DNA of 63,471 nt, the filler included, from Phoronis australis (Eukaryota > Animalia > Phoronida), in assembly GCA_002633005.1 (NCBI GenBank). It is 6 parts of 6 records of this genome, joined end to end, with 100 filler letters (N's around TTAATTAATTAA, not from the genome) between each part and the next. Parts side by side here need not be neighbours in the genome. Positions count along the whole stretch, not along the records: positions 1 to 9,085 come from NMRA01001848.1; positions 9,186 to 16,158 come from NMRA01000307.1; 4 more parts are not named here. The stretch is one strand, 5' to 3'. The translations under genes and the position numbers were made by a program. Positions within the stretch are counted from its first letter, which is position 1, and every line of letters begins with the position of its first letter. Positions 1-11,390 of this stretch are shown piece by piece. The notes beneath the pieces are model-generated. The model was given only the letters and a program-made list of their open reading frames with translations, was not told the origin of the DNA and searched no databases.

Positions 1-410
1 CACACGAGACGTCATTGAAAATCCCACCACGCTATCCCAGATGCCCCGGCAATGTTGACCATTTATGTTCCTCCGAAACATAAAGAGCAACTTCCGCTTT
101 TCGAGGTGAACGTCGTCGGCAACGCCGCGGTAAGAAAGAAATTTGTCGCGGAAATTTTATATCAAATCCGATTCTTTGTGCGGAAATATAATAAAATGCG
201 CGGACAGAACATTTGAAAAAAGCGGAAATCCACGTTTTCGCGGAAAATTCCAAGCCCTGACATATATTATTACAATATCTTATTGAATTATTAATTGCTA
301 ATAATCCATGGTTTCATGCACAAAATGTGGAGTAAAGTAAGTTTCAAAAAACAAATGTGCCTGCATCAGCAAAATCTATGTTATACAGCTGCATACAGAT
401 GTAAACTCAC

Positions 411-3400
411 CAGACTTGGTGTTTTTCAAGATCTTCATTTCACCGATTCCTCGTTCCTTCCATTGTTTCACCTTGTTGTCATAACGGAACAGCTTTGAGC
501 GGTGTCTGAACATGATCTCATCATCTTCTTCACCTTGGAAAAAACAAGAAAAACACAATTGAGAGTTCACCGACATCAACATCTGAATCCTTTGAGTTCA
601 TAACAGAGCCAAACAAAACAGTTCTGCATACTCTCATCTGATCAATATACCAGTTCACTTGCCTTCCAAAGAATCACTTCTATATCCTCTTGTCTTTCTA
701 TCCAAAAAGTTGGTAAAGGCAAATGGAGAAAGATGGTGTGTATGATTTGGATGGATATGTGACATAGCAACATAGATGAATGGGGATAGTGTAGTGCAAT
801 TGTCAGAGACAGACATACAGAGAAACAGACAGACAAGTAAACCTATAGTCTGACAGATCCTCCTGCATAGACAAACAGACACGCACACATCATACCATAC
901 TTACCAGTCTTGACGTCCACCTGGTCAGGCAGGGATATAATGGGTTCATAGTGGGGGTCGTGGTCAGAGGGGTCCTCAGAGTTCTCCTCGCTCTCCACAG
1001 TGTTAGTTGTAAACAGAGATGCACCAGCTCCAGACCACTGGAACGGCTTCCTAGCTGCAGACAGACACACACACATGGCAATGACAGATTAAACAATAGG
1101 GGGCATTGCAATGGAGATAATAGGCAGAATAACATGAGAAATAATCACCCCAATACAAACCTAAAAGAAACACAACATCAATTAATGGTGATCTTAGTCT
1201 CCCAAATTTTTAACCTACCGGATTACTTGCAATGATCATCTAATACAATTATATTATATTACATATGGCTGATAACATGCAATTTTCATCCTGAGTGTAT
1301 ACCACGCCTTGAAACAGTCACACACAGACTGTAAAACAACACTTGTCATCTGACAAAAGCATTTTCTGCTAACACTAATAACACATTACACAGTGGAACA
1401 GGATGATTACTGGAAGTGAACCCCAGTGACAAGCTGCTTGAAAATTGCTGAAGCCCAGACAGACACGTGGCAGTGACTGATTTGAGACAGCATTTTTACA
1501 ACCATTTCTTTAATTTCAAACTCTAGTAACTTGACATTTCTCTTCACAATCTGACATTTTTTTCAAAAGTATAAACATCAACCCTACTTTATAAGCTAGC
1601 GATAAATAATCTAGCAAGCAAATTATGAAATATATTTAACTTCAACTCTATACAAATCATGAGTTATATTTAACTTCAACTCTATACAATCCCACATCCC
1701 AATATAATGCTCAACATAATGCAGCAAGACAATTATCAAATATATTTAATTTCAACTCTATACTATGCTCAACATACCATGACTGCTTCCAAATCCAGAT
1801 TCCCCACCAGATGTGGCTGCCACAGATGAAAAGGAAATCCCTGCGACTGCAGAATTGGCAAATATGCTGGAGGCAGCTAAAATGAATGAGTTAACATAGA
1901 ACGGCAACATTCTAATGTAAAAAGTGATACTATTGTCTATGGACTCTGAAATAGCGAAGCTCAAACAGGAGTCGCCATTACAGGCATCATAAAAATTGTT
2001 CACTGAAATACAGTTGGTCAACACTATTAGAATAATCAGTTATACTGCAAGNTGTAAAACAACACTTGTCATCTGACAAAAGCATTTTCTGCTAACACTA
2101 ATAACACATTACACAGTGGAACAGGATGTTTACTGGAAGTGACCCCCAGTGACAAGCTGCTTGAAAATTGCTGAAGCCCAGACAGACATGTGGCAGTGTG
2201 AGACAGCATTTTTACAACCATTTCTTTAACTTCAAACTCCAGTAACTTGACATTTCTCTTCACAATCTGACATTTTTTTTCAAAAGTATAAACATAAACC
2301 CTACTTTATAAGCTAGCGATAAATAATGTAGCAAACAAATTATGAAGTATATTTAACTTCAACGCTATAAAAATTATGAAATATATTTTCACTTCAACTC
2401 TATACAATCCCACATCCCAATATAATGCTCAACATAATGCAGCAAGCAAATTATCAAATATATTTAATTTCAACTCTATACTATGCTCAACATACCATGA
2501 CTGCTTCCAAATCCAGATTCACCACCAGATGTGGCTGCCACAGATGAAAAGGAAATTCCTGCGACTGCAGAGTTGGCAAATATGCCGGAGGCAGCTAAAA
2601 TGAATGAGTTAACATAGAAGGATAACATTCTAAATGTAAAAAGTGACACAACTATCTATGGACTCTGAAATAGAGAAGTTCAAACAGGAGTCGCCATTAC
2701 AGGCATCATAAAAATTATTCACTGAAATACAGTTGGTCAACACTATTAGAATAATCAGTTATACTGCAAGTCAATTCTGTTTAAAGCAGTCATAGTTTTC
2801 AAAATTCAAAGTCCTGAACAGTTTTGTATCGAAGTCTAACTGGAATAAGAACATTAATGCAACAACAATTATCCACAACAAACACAGAACAGGAAACCAA
2901 TATACACATGTTTTAATTTCACCATGTTAAGATCATTTTAACAAAGACCAGAAATGACAGCACTAAATTATTCAGAGGTAAATATAACCACACTATAGCT
3001 TCATGTCACAACATGTAACATTATGTATTCATAAGCTCAGTTCTTCTCTCCAATGGGTTTTTGGAAGCTAGAGCTTGGCTAAACATCATTAACAACAAAG
3101 GACAAGCTTTCCTGAACCTTAATATTGAACTTATCCAACCTAACCAAGAGCACTACTTGTTCTAAGTAATTTCAATATCACAAGGACATAACTCTTGAAA
3201 AAGTCACAGCACACTGAGTATTTCAACAATTGTGAATAGCCAGTTGCGACAAAAATATATTTCCCCCGACTGGATTGTGAAAGAAACCTACATCTTGCAT
3301 ATTGTGCTTATGAATTTCATATTTAAAAATATTTCTTTGATAGTCAAACTCACTTGGTTCCTCTGCATCAGCCCCAGGCTCTGTGGCCGATAGTTCAGGC

Positions 3401-6400
3401 ACCTGGTCATCGTCTGATACTGGTGGCACAGATTGTTCAGGAACATAATCTTCACAGCCCCTGCAACCAGGACAGGGTGAGGCTTCCTCGTACAAGTAAA
3501 ATGTGTCGGGCAGTAAGTATTTGCGGGCTAACTCTACCTTGTCTGGGGATGGCAGTCTCTCGCTCACAAAGATCACCTCATCTAAATGAGACAGAAATAG
3601 CTTTTTGCCCAAGATCCTCAATTAAAAGATGTCAAAAGCTGTTACCAAAGATAAAGACTGAATAATCGTGCATTTACATAGAACAAGATGAACATCGATA
3701 TAAAACTGGAAAAGCATTTTGAAGATAGTCTTGTTGTATTTTATACACTAGTCAGTGAATGAATTAATGGTAGATAACAACATGTGGGTAACAATGAATT
3801 TGTTTAGAGGAAAAGGATGACGTTTTCATCAATTTTTGACTTTGGAGAACATGCTCAAAATTTCCAGAAACTGCTGATACTTGAATTTTTTTCAGGACAC
3901 ATCCACAGCTTTGTAATAAAACGGTGAAGTTTTCAGTGCTCATAGTAAGGAATGTTTTCACAATAAAAAGGCAAAGAATACTGTTGGCCACAGCATCTGA
4001 ATGTACAAACTTTGTCTTCACTGCTTCAGAATTTCTTAATGGAACATCCACACTCAGGAGACCTCACCACTAAATACACAAACATTGCTAATACAGCACT
4101 TCTCACCATCTTCAGTAGAGGATCCTTCCGAATCTTGGACACCAATGTTTTCAACGACACCTAGTGGACAGAAACACAAGTATGAACTTGAAAACTGATG
4201 ATGCATTGAATAGGACAAATATCCCAACACTTAAAGGATATCTCAAAACCTATTAAGTGACCTTCATTCTAAGTTATATATCAAAAAACAGGCAACATCA
4301 ACTACTAAAAGTACGGATTTTCTGAAAAGAACAAAATCAGAGATTATAACAATATGGTCAGATTGATGTGGCATCATTATTATTATTAACCCTTATCCTG
4401 CTTAAGCCTCCATTCAGACAACTTTCCCTGTGTGCTGAGCTAATGGTCGGTGGGCCAGATTTTGTAGGGCCTCTAGAAAATGGTTTTTGTGAGTACTTTA
4501 GGGGTCAATTTTATTTTGGTGTTTTTTAATTCATTTATTAGAGTGTTTTCAAAATCTAAAAAGTTCCCACATATAAAGTTGCACATTTTTGAGAAATTTG
4601 AGTTTGAAGTTACCTAATAATCACCAAACAGCTTAGCTTTGTAAAAACAACAGTTTTGGTGACTTTTTTGTAAAACAAGTAATATGGTCCCATCAGTGCC
4701 ATTGTATTGAACAATATTACACTCACATTACATGTTTTACTATTGTAAATTAATTGTAAACAGTGAAATTAAAAAATGTAAAGACACCTAGTGGCAAAAA
4801 TGCAAACTAAGTCTGAATGTTACTAGGAAGTTATTCTGGCATTGTCAGGCAACAAAAATAACATAAAACACTTGAGACTGGGCAAAATTTGTGCCTCAAT
4901 GACTAAAACATTGACTAATGGTGTAAAATACAGCTTGTTTGCATAATACACCAGAAATACGTTATAGTATAAAAACAATATAGCTGAATGATCTCTATGG
5001 GCGGCCGTTTATGCAAAAAACATTAAAATGTATATTCAATTCTATTTAATGAATTCAATGCCAACTGTATGACAAATCAATCCTATCTTGTGTATTCACT
5101 GCTATTACATCAATCCAATCCTCATTCGTCGATTCTCTATCGTGAACTCAATGCTGTTTTGTATATTCTATCCTGTTTACTGAATTCAATGTCGTTTAGT
5201 CATTCTCTTTCGTCTATCCTATTGTCTCGTGAATTCAATCCAGTTTCACCGATTCTGTTTCGTCAATCCTAGCGGCCTATGGGTGAAACTAATAACTTCG
5301 TGTATTCTATCCTGTCGTGAATTCAATCCTGTTTCATCAATCCTAGCGGCCTATGGGTGAAACTAACAAAGTTTTTCTATATTTTTGAAACTTTTCCTTT
5401 GTTATGAATGTACCTCAATTTCTTTTTTTCTAAAGTTTCCTAAAAGACATGGTTGCATGACCCTATCAATAGCTGAGTAATACAAAGTAAAAAATTCAAA
5501 TTCTACAAATTTTGACCGAAAGACAGGACAGCCATATCCATAGTGACCGACAGGGACTAACATACAGGATCTCCAATCCACTGCTTATTAGACGCACATT
5601 TACTTAAAACATTTCCACCAAATCCAAGCGCTTGATCTGTCACTTACACTATGCAGCCTGTAAGGCTTTGTATAGTCAGCTGATCTTGTTCACAGACATA
5701 TTGGTCAGCCCCTTCAGAACTGCTATAGGGGATCATTATCTCTTATCTGATTTTGTATACCTTACCCTATTGTGCCTGCATTGACTTTCATAATAAAGGG
5801 CTATTGTGGAGATGTTTAAACTGTAGGCTTGGGTAACAATAGGCATCCCTCTGCCTGTTACTAAAGACCAAGCTACACCACAAGGGAAAGCACTACTTTC
5901 AGCCTTTAGCTGGCCAAGCTTAGATATCTATGTCCATTTCAGTTGGCAGTGTTTTCGAAGAACTTCGGCCCAAGTATAAATATTACACTTCATTTCCCTC
6001 TGATAGCATGAAGCGCGCTTATCCCGAGTAAGAGATGATGGCTGTTGGAAGTTTAAACATTTGAAATNCTCGCCTGCAGTCGTCCTTGGCCGTGCCCCTC
6101 CTTTGCAGGCTACCTTCTCCACGCACTCCTCAAACACCATCTTGAACCTGTCAGCGATTTCTATTGTCTTGAACTTGCATGCCAACATCTCCTCTCGCTG
6201 GCTGTCCTCGGCAAAGTCGATGGCAAACCACGACCAGGCCCGGTCACAGCCCGCCATGGGGCCTAGCTTCATGTCGGCTGAGATCAGGTGGTTGGCACAC
6301 ACCTTCAGTACCTAGCGATATACAGGCTACCTTTGTATAATGGTGCACTAATCTGTATTGTCAAGCGAATTAGAAACTGTAGAATGGATGTCGTGCAAAA

Positions 6401-7669
6401 ATTAACAGCTGGGTATATGAAAATTTCTGATTAATAGCAAACAAGCTTGTACAGTTGACAAAAAGATACCCTAAGGCTAATAACAGTGTTACTGATGGCA
6501 CCGCAGTCAGCATGCAGTGAGCGGATAAGACTACATACAACTGTCAGGCAGAATGATGATAACATTTACAATAAACAATGAAGGTGTAAATACTTATCGA
6601 TAGAGAAACCATTTCCAGCAACAATCAAACATTACTCAACCACTGCATCCTTTTTCACATAAACGCCAAACATTACCCATAGCAAAGAGATCCAACCATC
6701 ACCTTTCACTAAATACTGTTACAGTAAAACCACACTTATTTAGCACACAATATGGCCAACAAGAGAAATTATATTATGCTAAATTTCTCCACAAAAATAG
6801 AGACATTAAAAGCATGGATTTTAGTGTTTAGATGTCATAAAACAACATTTGATGAAACTCATCTAAAAAACAAAAAGGTAATTATAGCCTTTTGAAATGT
6901 GGAAAGATAACCATTATCCAATTATTTTTGTGCAAAATAACTGGAGAAATACCGTACATCTGCAGAAACCTTACCTGCTCGCGTCTCATCAGTACACGCC
7001 ACTGCTCCTTTGACGTGTGCGTCAGGATCTTCATCTCACCTATACCACGGTCCTTCCACTGCTTGGCCGAGCTGTCATAGCGAAACAACTTGGCACGTTC
7101 ACAGAACAGCGCCATCTCTTCCTCCTCACCACTCTGAACAGCCACAGCTTCTGGCAGCTCGACGATTGGCGTGAAATGAACATCCGCCTCATAACTAGTT
7201 TCATGTGGACCCTCGTCGTCTTCATTGTTGACCTCAGTACTTACACTTGTGGGGATAGTGGGCTGGCTAAATGAGAATCCTGACGTGCCAGTAGTTGATG
7301 AGCTGACCAGTGAAAAACCAGCAAATGGCTTGGGGGCCTCATTCTTAGGTTCAGAACCCCCTTCCCCCACTGTAGTCGTTGACACGTCTGGTTTGGACGC
7401 AAATGAAAAGCCACTAAAGACATTGGTAGAGGCAGGTTTGTCAGCTGAGCTAGCTTTACTACCTTCACCCATTGTGAAAGAAAAGTTGAAGCCAGATGGG
7501 ACAAACTTTCGAGGAGAGATAGGAGTCTGGCTGTTGGAAATTGCAGCTGCCGTCGTGGTCAGTTGTGAACTAGTTGATTCAACAACAGGTGGCGTGGATG
7601 CAGGGACAGTTGATAACCCACTGAAGACGAACCCTTCTTTTGGTGCAAAACTGACTTGTCCTATGGGCT
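411..7669 (-). CDS. RANBP2: E3 SUMO-protein ligase RanBP2/Nup358, partial multi-exon gene. Exons approx. 6975-7669, 6074-6311, 4107-4160, 3354-3581, 2496-2594 and/or 1778-1876, 905-1054, 411-533
   Basis: Two Ran-binding domains ([55 protein letters not shown]|[24 protein letters not shown] and [17 protein letters not shown]|[30 protein letters not shown]). FxF-rich low-complexity linkers, an IR/M-like segment ([14 protein letters not shown]), and splice sites in compatible phases. Confidence 0.93.
1331..2771. repeat. ~720-bp direct duplication containing a 99-bp RanBP2 exon (copies ~1331-2051 and ~2053-2771)
   Basis: Near-identical copies differing by SNPs and indels, with a single N at 2052 at the junction. 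Confidence 0.9.
5040..5370. repeat. Degenerate short tandem array (GAATTCAAT / TTCTATC motifs) with a duplicated TCAATCCTAGCGGCCTATGGGTGAAACTAA block
   Basis: Recurring motifs read directly; a ~30-bp block occurs at ~5263 and ~5337. Confidence 0.6.
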
Positions 7670-8399
7670 CTAAAATTAACAAGAAATCTGTATGTACTGG
7701 AAAGGCTATGCTCGCATATTTATTTTGTTTGCTAATTTTAGATTTTAATTATTTGTCAGTAATTCTAGGATCTTTAAGACTGACATTTCTGATTACTCAA
7801 CAGCCAATTATCGCGCCTCAAATAGTCACAAGTTTGCTAACGGTTATTTTATGCCAGTTAAAAGCACAAACTATATAAAGCACAATTACTGTTTCCACTT
7901 ATTGTTTGACAAAAATAATGGTCTACCTCTCTGCCATATTGTGCTTTACAGACGTGAAGAATTTGTGCAGGCAGATTACTCTAGACTGTCTAGCAAAACA
8001 GTGTTACTCCAGATATCCACATCATGAATAGTCATGTTGGCCTTGCTCAGTTCGCGATTTCATGAATTGCACAATTTATATAAACAGAGCTGTGCATGGC
8101 TAAAATGGGATTCTGGTGAAAACAAAACATGTTTCACTGATCCCAGCATAACAAATTCACGGCTGCCTAATCCATCGTAATGAGAACAGTGCCTATGTTG
8201 GTTAAATCAGCATCTTAAGCTCAAGGAACCAGCGAATCAGATTCATTCAATATTGTACAATGCAAAAATATACTATAACACACATGGTTTGAATGTAAAT
8301 TAGCATTTCAAGCAAAAAAAACATAGCAATAGAGGACAAAGTGTAAATAAACAAAATGTGGTAAGTCAAATCATATTTAAAAATTACAGTAGCAATGCA

Positions 8400-9085
8400 G
8401 CAGCGATGAAGAGCACCCACAAATGAACTGCAAATGGCGTGCTTCTTAGGGTTGTTTATTTGTATCATAAAAATAGCCACAAGATGGCACAAAATATGTC
8501 GAATCCATCCGAAAACAGGAACATGACACAAAGGAAAATGGAAAAAATGAAATTGCCACTAGGGGCAAAGGGTTCATCGGATCCGTCTGAAAGTCGCCGT
8601 CCGTTGTTAACTTCATATAAATACACTTACTACTAAAAATCTTGCAGTGTCCTCCGTTGAGGACCTTTGAAAATACAGAGGCAAACGTAAAAAATAAAAT
8701 TGCCACTAGGGGGACACCGGTAGTCAGATCCTTCTGGAAGTTGTCATCGTCAACTTCACATAAATACACTTGCTAAATTTAGCATAGATCCTGCAGAGGG
8801 TTCAGGAGATACAGCCAGGGGCTCAAAACAAAACAAAAATACCACTAGGATTCGCCACAGTAGTCGAAGTTGTCGGAAAATCATCGTCACCATCCTCTTC
8901 ATAGTAAGAACACACATGTATTTTCACAATCGCCCTAAGAGTGGTTTCGTAAAGTAAAGAAATTGCCACTAGGGGACACACTGGAAGCCGAATCCGTACG
9001 AAAGTTCGCTAATGTCGCCCATCCATAAAAGGAACACATGCAAAATTTCATGAACATACGTCAAAGATTGGAGATAGAGCAGCGA
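8400..9085 (-). mobile_element. Diverged, truncated copy of the Helentron-like (HINE) satellite-bearing element
   Basis: Same leader (CTTAGGGTTGTTTATT..CATAAAA.TAGCCAC), AAATTGCCACTAGG subrepeats at ~150-bp spacing and the same terminal segment (..GGAGATAGAGCAGCG) as 22790-25256. Confidence 0.8.
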
Positions 9086-9185
9086 NNNNNNNNNNNNNNN
9101 NNNNNNNNNNNNNNNNNNNNNNNNNNNNNTTAATTAATTAANNNNNNNNNNNNNNNNNNNNNNNNNNNNNNNNNNNNNNNNNNNN
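9086..9185. other. Artificial contig linker (Ns + TTAATTAATTAA + Ns). Identical linkers at 16159-16258, 21132-21231, 51279-51378 and 62073-62172
   Basis: Five 100-bp spacers with the same core, which has stop codons in all six frames. Confidence 0.98.
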
Positions 9186-9186
9186 G

Positions 9187-9648
9187 AAAATCATAAGGGA
9201 CAACGTTAAAGTTTGTAAGCCTGATGATTACCTTGATGTTATTATTTATTATCGGAATAGGAAGTCCTCCAACTTGGTCATGAAAAATAACATTTCTAAA
9301 GCGAAAGTCCGCCCCGTTGCACAGTGTAGTGTTGTTTATGAATTTGTATGCCCTATGAATGAATGTCTTCGTTCAAACGTCAAACAATGTTACATTGGTC
9401 AAACGGTTTGCAGTCTTTCCCGTCGGTTATCCATGCATCTTCAAAATGGCGCCATTCAAGATCATTTTCTGCAATACCACGCACGTAAAATCACCCGTCA
9501 AGAAATTGTGGAAAACACGTCAATTCGCTACGTGGAGCAAGATGTGCTGCGTTTGAAAGTATTAGAGTCCCTTTTAATTGCTTTTGAGAAGCCTATTTTG
9601 AATGAGCAGCAAACAGGGTCGCGCCGCACGTTACACTTGTTTGCGTGA
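9187..9648 (+). mobile_element. Penelope-like retroelement (Naiad-type), C-terminal linker and GIY-YIG endonuclease ORF, truncated by the contig edge
   Basis: Open frame KIIRDNVK..IIYYRNRKSSNLVMKNN..VVYEFVCPMNEC..YIGQT..LSRRLSMHLQNGAIQDH..LKVLESLLI..KPILNEQ. Shows VVY/YIG motifs, conserved R, E and N, and a CxxxxC..H..H Zn-finger pattern. Confidence 0.9.
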
Positions 9649-9762
9649 CTTTCCTGTTACCCTAATTCTTTAGTCATTCTTTGCAGTATTTCACACCCGC
9701 CGTGTCTCACTGTGTGTGTCGTCAGCTTATACTCTGTGGTGGCATTACTGCGTCATTTTATC

Positions 9763-9804
9763 TTCACTTGAGAATGAAACAAGTATGTTTCGAAATATCG
9801 TGTG
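9763..9804 (+). ncRNA. Minimal type I hammerhead ribozyme variant (C3U/G8A) in the PLE pseudo-LTR
   Basis: CAC-TTGAGAA-T-GAAAC(aagtat)GTTTC-GAAA-TA-TC-GTG: stem I CAC/GTG, stem II GAAAC/GTTTC, palindromic ATAT stem III. It lies ~115 bp after the EN stop, where PLE hammerheads are expected. Confidence 0.7.
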
Positions 9805-9815
9805 TCTTTTTAATT

Positions 9816-9941
9816 ATGTCGCTAGGTCAGTTACTGTATCTATGTTCAGTAGAGAGTAGAGTTTTGTTCAGAAAGTATGAACGCAACGGAATAAAGACCG
9901 TGAAAAATGAAAAGTGTCGTGTATTCAACAAATTCTGTATA
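9816..9941 (+). mobile_element. Probable N-terminal fragment of the PLE ORF (partial-tandem extension)
   Basis: ATG 12 nt after the hammerhead. MSLGQLLYLCSVESRVLFRKYERNGIKTVKNEKCRVFNKFCI resembles PLE ORF N-termini and stops at a microsatellite. Confidence 0.6.
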
Positions 9942-10056
9942 ACATACATACATACATACATATGTACACACAAACATACATATATGTACATATATACATA
10001 TGTAAATACGTATATGTCTATGTATGTCTATATGTATATACAAATGCATACGCGTA
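9942..10056. repeat. Degenerate (ACAT)n/(TATG)n microsatellite
   Basis: Direct reading. Confidence 0.85.
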
Positions 10057-10154
10057 TGCCGTGTGTTGCATTCACACTCTCTATTTGTATGCCACTCTTC
10101 CCGCTGTCACGTGTATTTCACTGTTTGTTTTGCTCTGTGTATGTTCATTTTACT

Positions 10155-10375
10155 TATTGTCTGATGATGTAACATGAAGTCACAAAATATAGCTACTTTT
10201 TATTTGTTTATTTGTTATGTCTTTCAGTCTTTTACTTCATGCCTGCACACCAAAGGAAAGGAGATTTTTTCCGAAATTACGAACGTACCAGAATCCAGTT
10301 CGCTAACAAAAAGTCTAGTCTTGTCTTTAACGAAGTAATACGCATTTTCACGTACATGTACGTATGCATGCGTGT
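10155..10375 (+). mobile_element. Second, degenerate PLE pLTR unit (hammerhead relic + ORF N-terminus relic)
   Basis: CTGATGA-TGTAAC(atgaa)GTCAC-AAAA-TATAG at 10161, then FFRNYERTRIQFANKKSSLVFNEV, which aligns by eye with LFRKYERNGIKTVKNEKCRVFNKF, then ACATGT-type repeats. Confidence 0.5.
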
Positions 10376-11390
10376 GTTTTCTGAAAGTAGAGCTTCTAGA
10401 AGTAACCTTTGACTTTTGATATTAAACCACTGTACCAGTAATTAGGTCACGTAACTTGATTTTTAGGACGATTTTGCAAAAAGAAGGCACATTCGTAGCT
10501 ATACAACAGGCCACAATACGACCAATTTTTTATGATATACAGTAAATGTGCAAGATAAAATTTCAAAAACGTTGCATCCTTTACTAAATGATCGTCTCAT
10601 TTTTGTTTTATTTTATTACATTAAAATCGTATGATATTGTTTTGGTATTCGTTCGTGCAAAACTGGAACATTTTAAAAACAATATATAGAACTGGGTAGG
10701 CGTAAGCTGTCTTGACTAAACAGAGAGACCTGGATTTGAAACAGGCTGTGTTTGAAATCGTCCACGGTAACTACGCTGTTCTGGTAGCAGCATGGTCGTC
10801 AAACATATGGGTCAATTATATGCGGATCGGCACTTTATTTCTAATCCTCGATCATCGCGACAATATGTCTGCATTACAGTCTTTGGAAAAAGGACAACTC
10901 TTTCTGCTGGTTCAAATTATTTTCTTCTCGCTTCAGCAGTAATTCTGTGTTGTTTTTTTTTTGTCGCAAAATAGTCAAATATAGGTGACCCTTCCTAACT
11001 ACATGTATGTCTCCCTGATGCCAGGTAAGGCAAATGCGAATTTGAAAGACCAAATTAGGATTTCCGTTATATTTGGTCACACCTATTTTAACGGAACTGG
11101 AAAGATGTTTCTTGAGATAAATATCCATAGACGGGTTCAAATGTTGACTGTTGACAATCCTTGATGAGCTAGGAATAAGTCCTGATGCTAATACATGTAC
11201 CTATATGGCGGAGTGAAATTAGCCAGCTGTACATGTACTTACTCAAACTAAACATGTAATGACGCTATCACATGGAACGGAGAACCTCATTCCTGTGGAG
11301 AGCACCATTAAAATGCACCCTAACACAATGGATATATACTCATGTATGCAGTAATGTACTGTTTCTTTGGTACAAGGTTTCACGACTTAC

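Noticed and set aside
1-259. Possible hAT transposon end (minus strand CAGGGCTTGGAATTTTCCGCG with CGCGG/GCGGAAA subrepeats)
   Set aside because: Only one end is visible at the window edge, so no TIR pair or TSD can be verified.
6061-6080. Possible GC-AG intron donor (CAG|GCGAG) in RanBP2
   Set aside because: An N at 6068 marks a contig join, so the true exon end cannot be determined.
7225-7878. 217-aa plus-strand ORF
   Set aside because: Antisense shadow of the Ser/Thr-rich RanBP2 exon.
9646-9760. Selenocysteine recoding or SECIS in the Naiad-like element
   Set aside because: No in-frame TGA in the visible ORF except the terminal stop, and no AUGA..AA..GA SECIS pattern seen downstream. The 5' part of the element is missing, so it cannot be excluded for the whole element.
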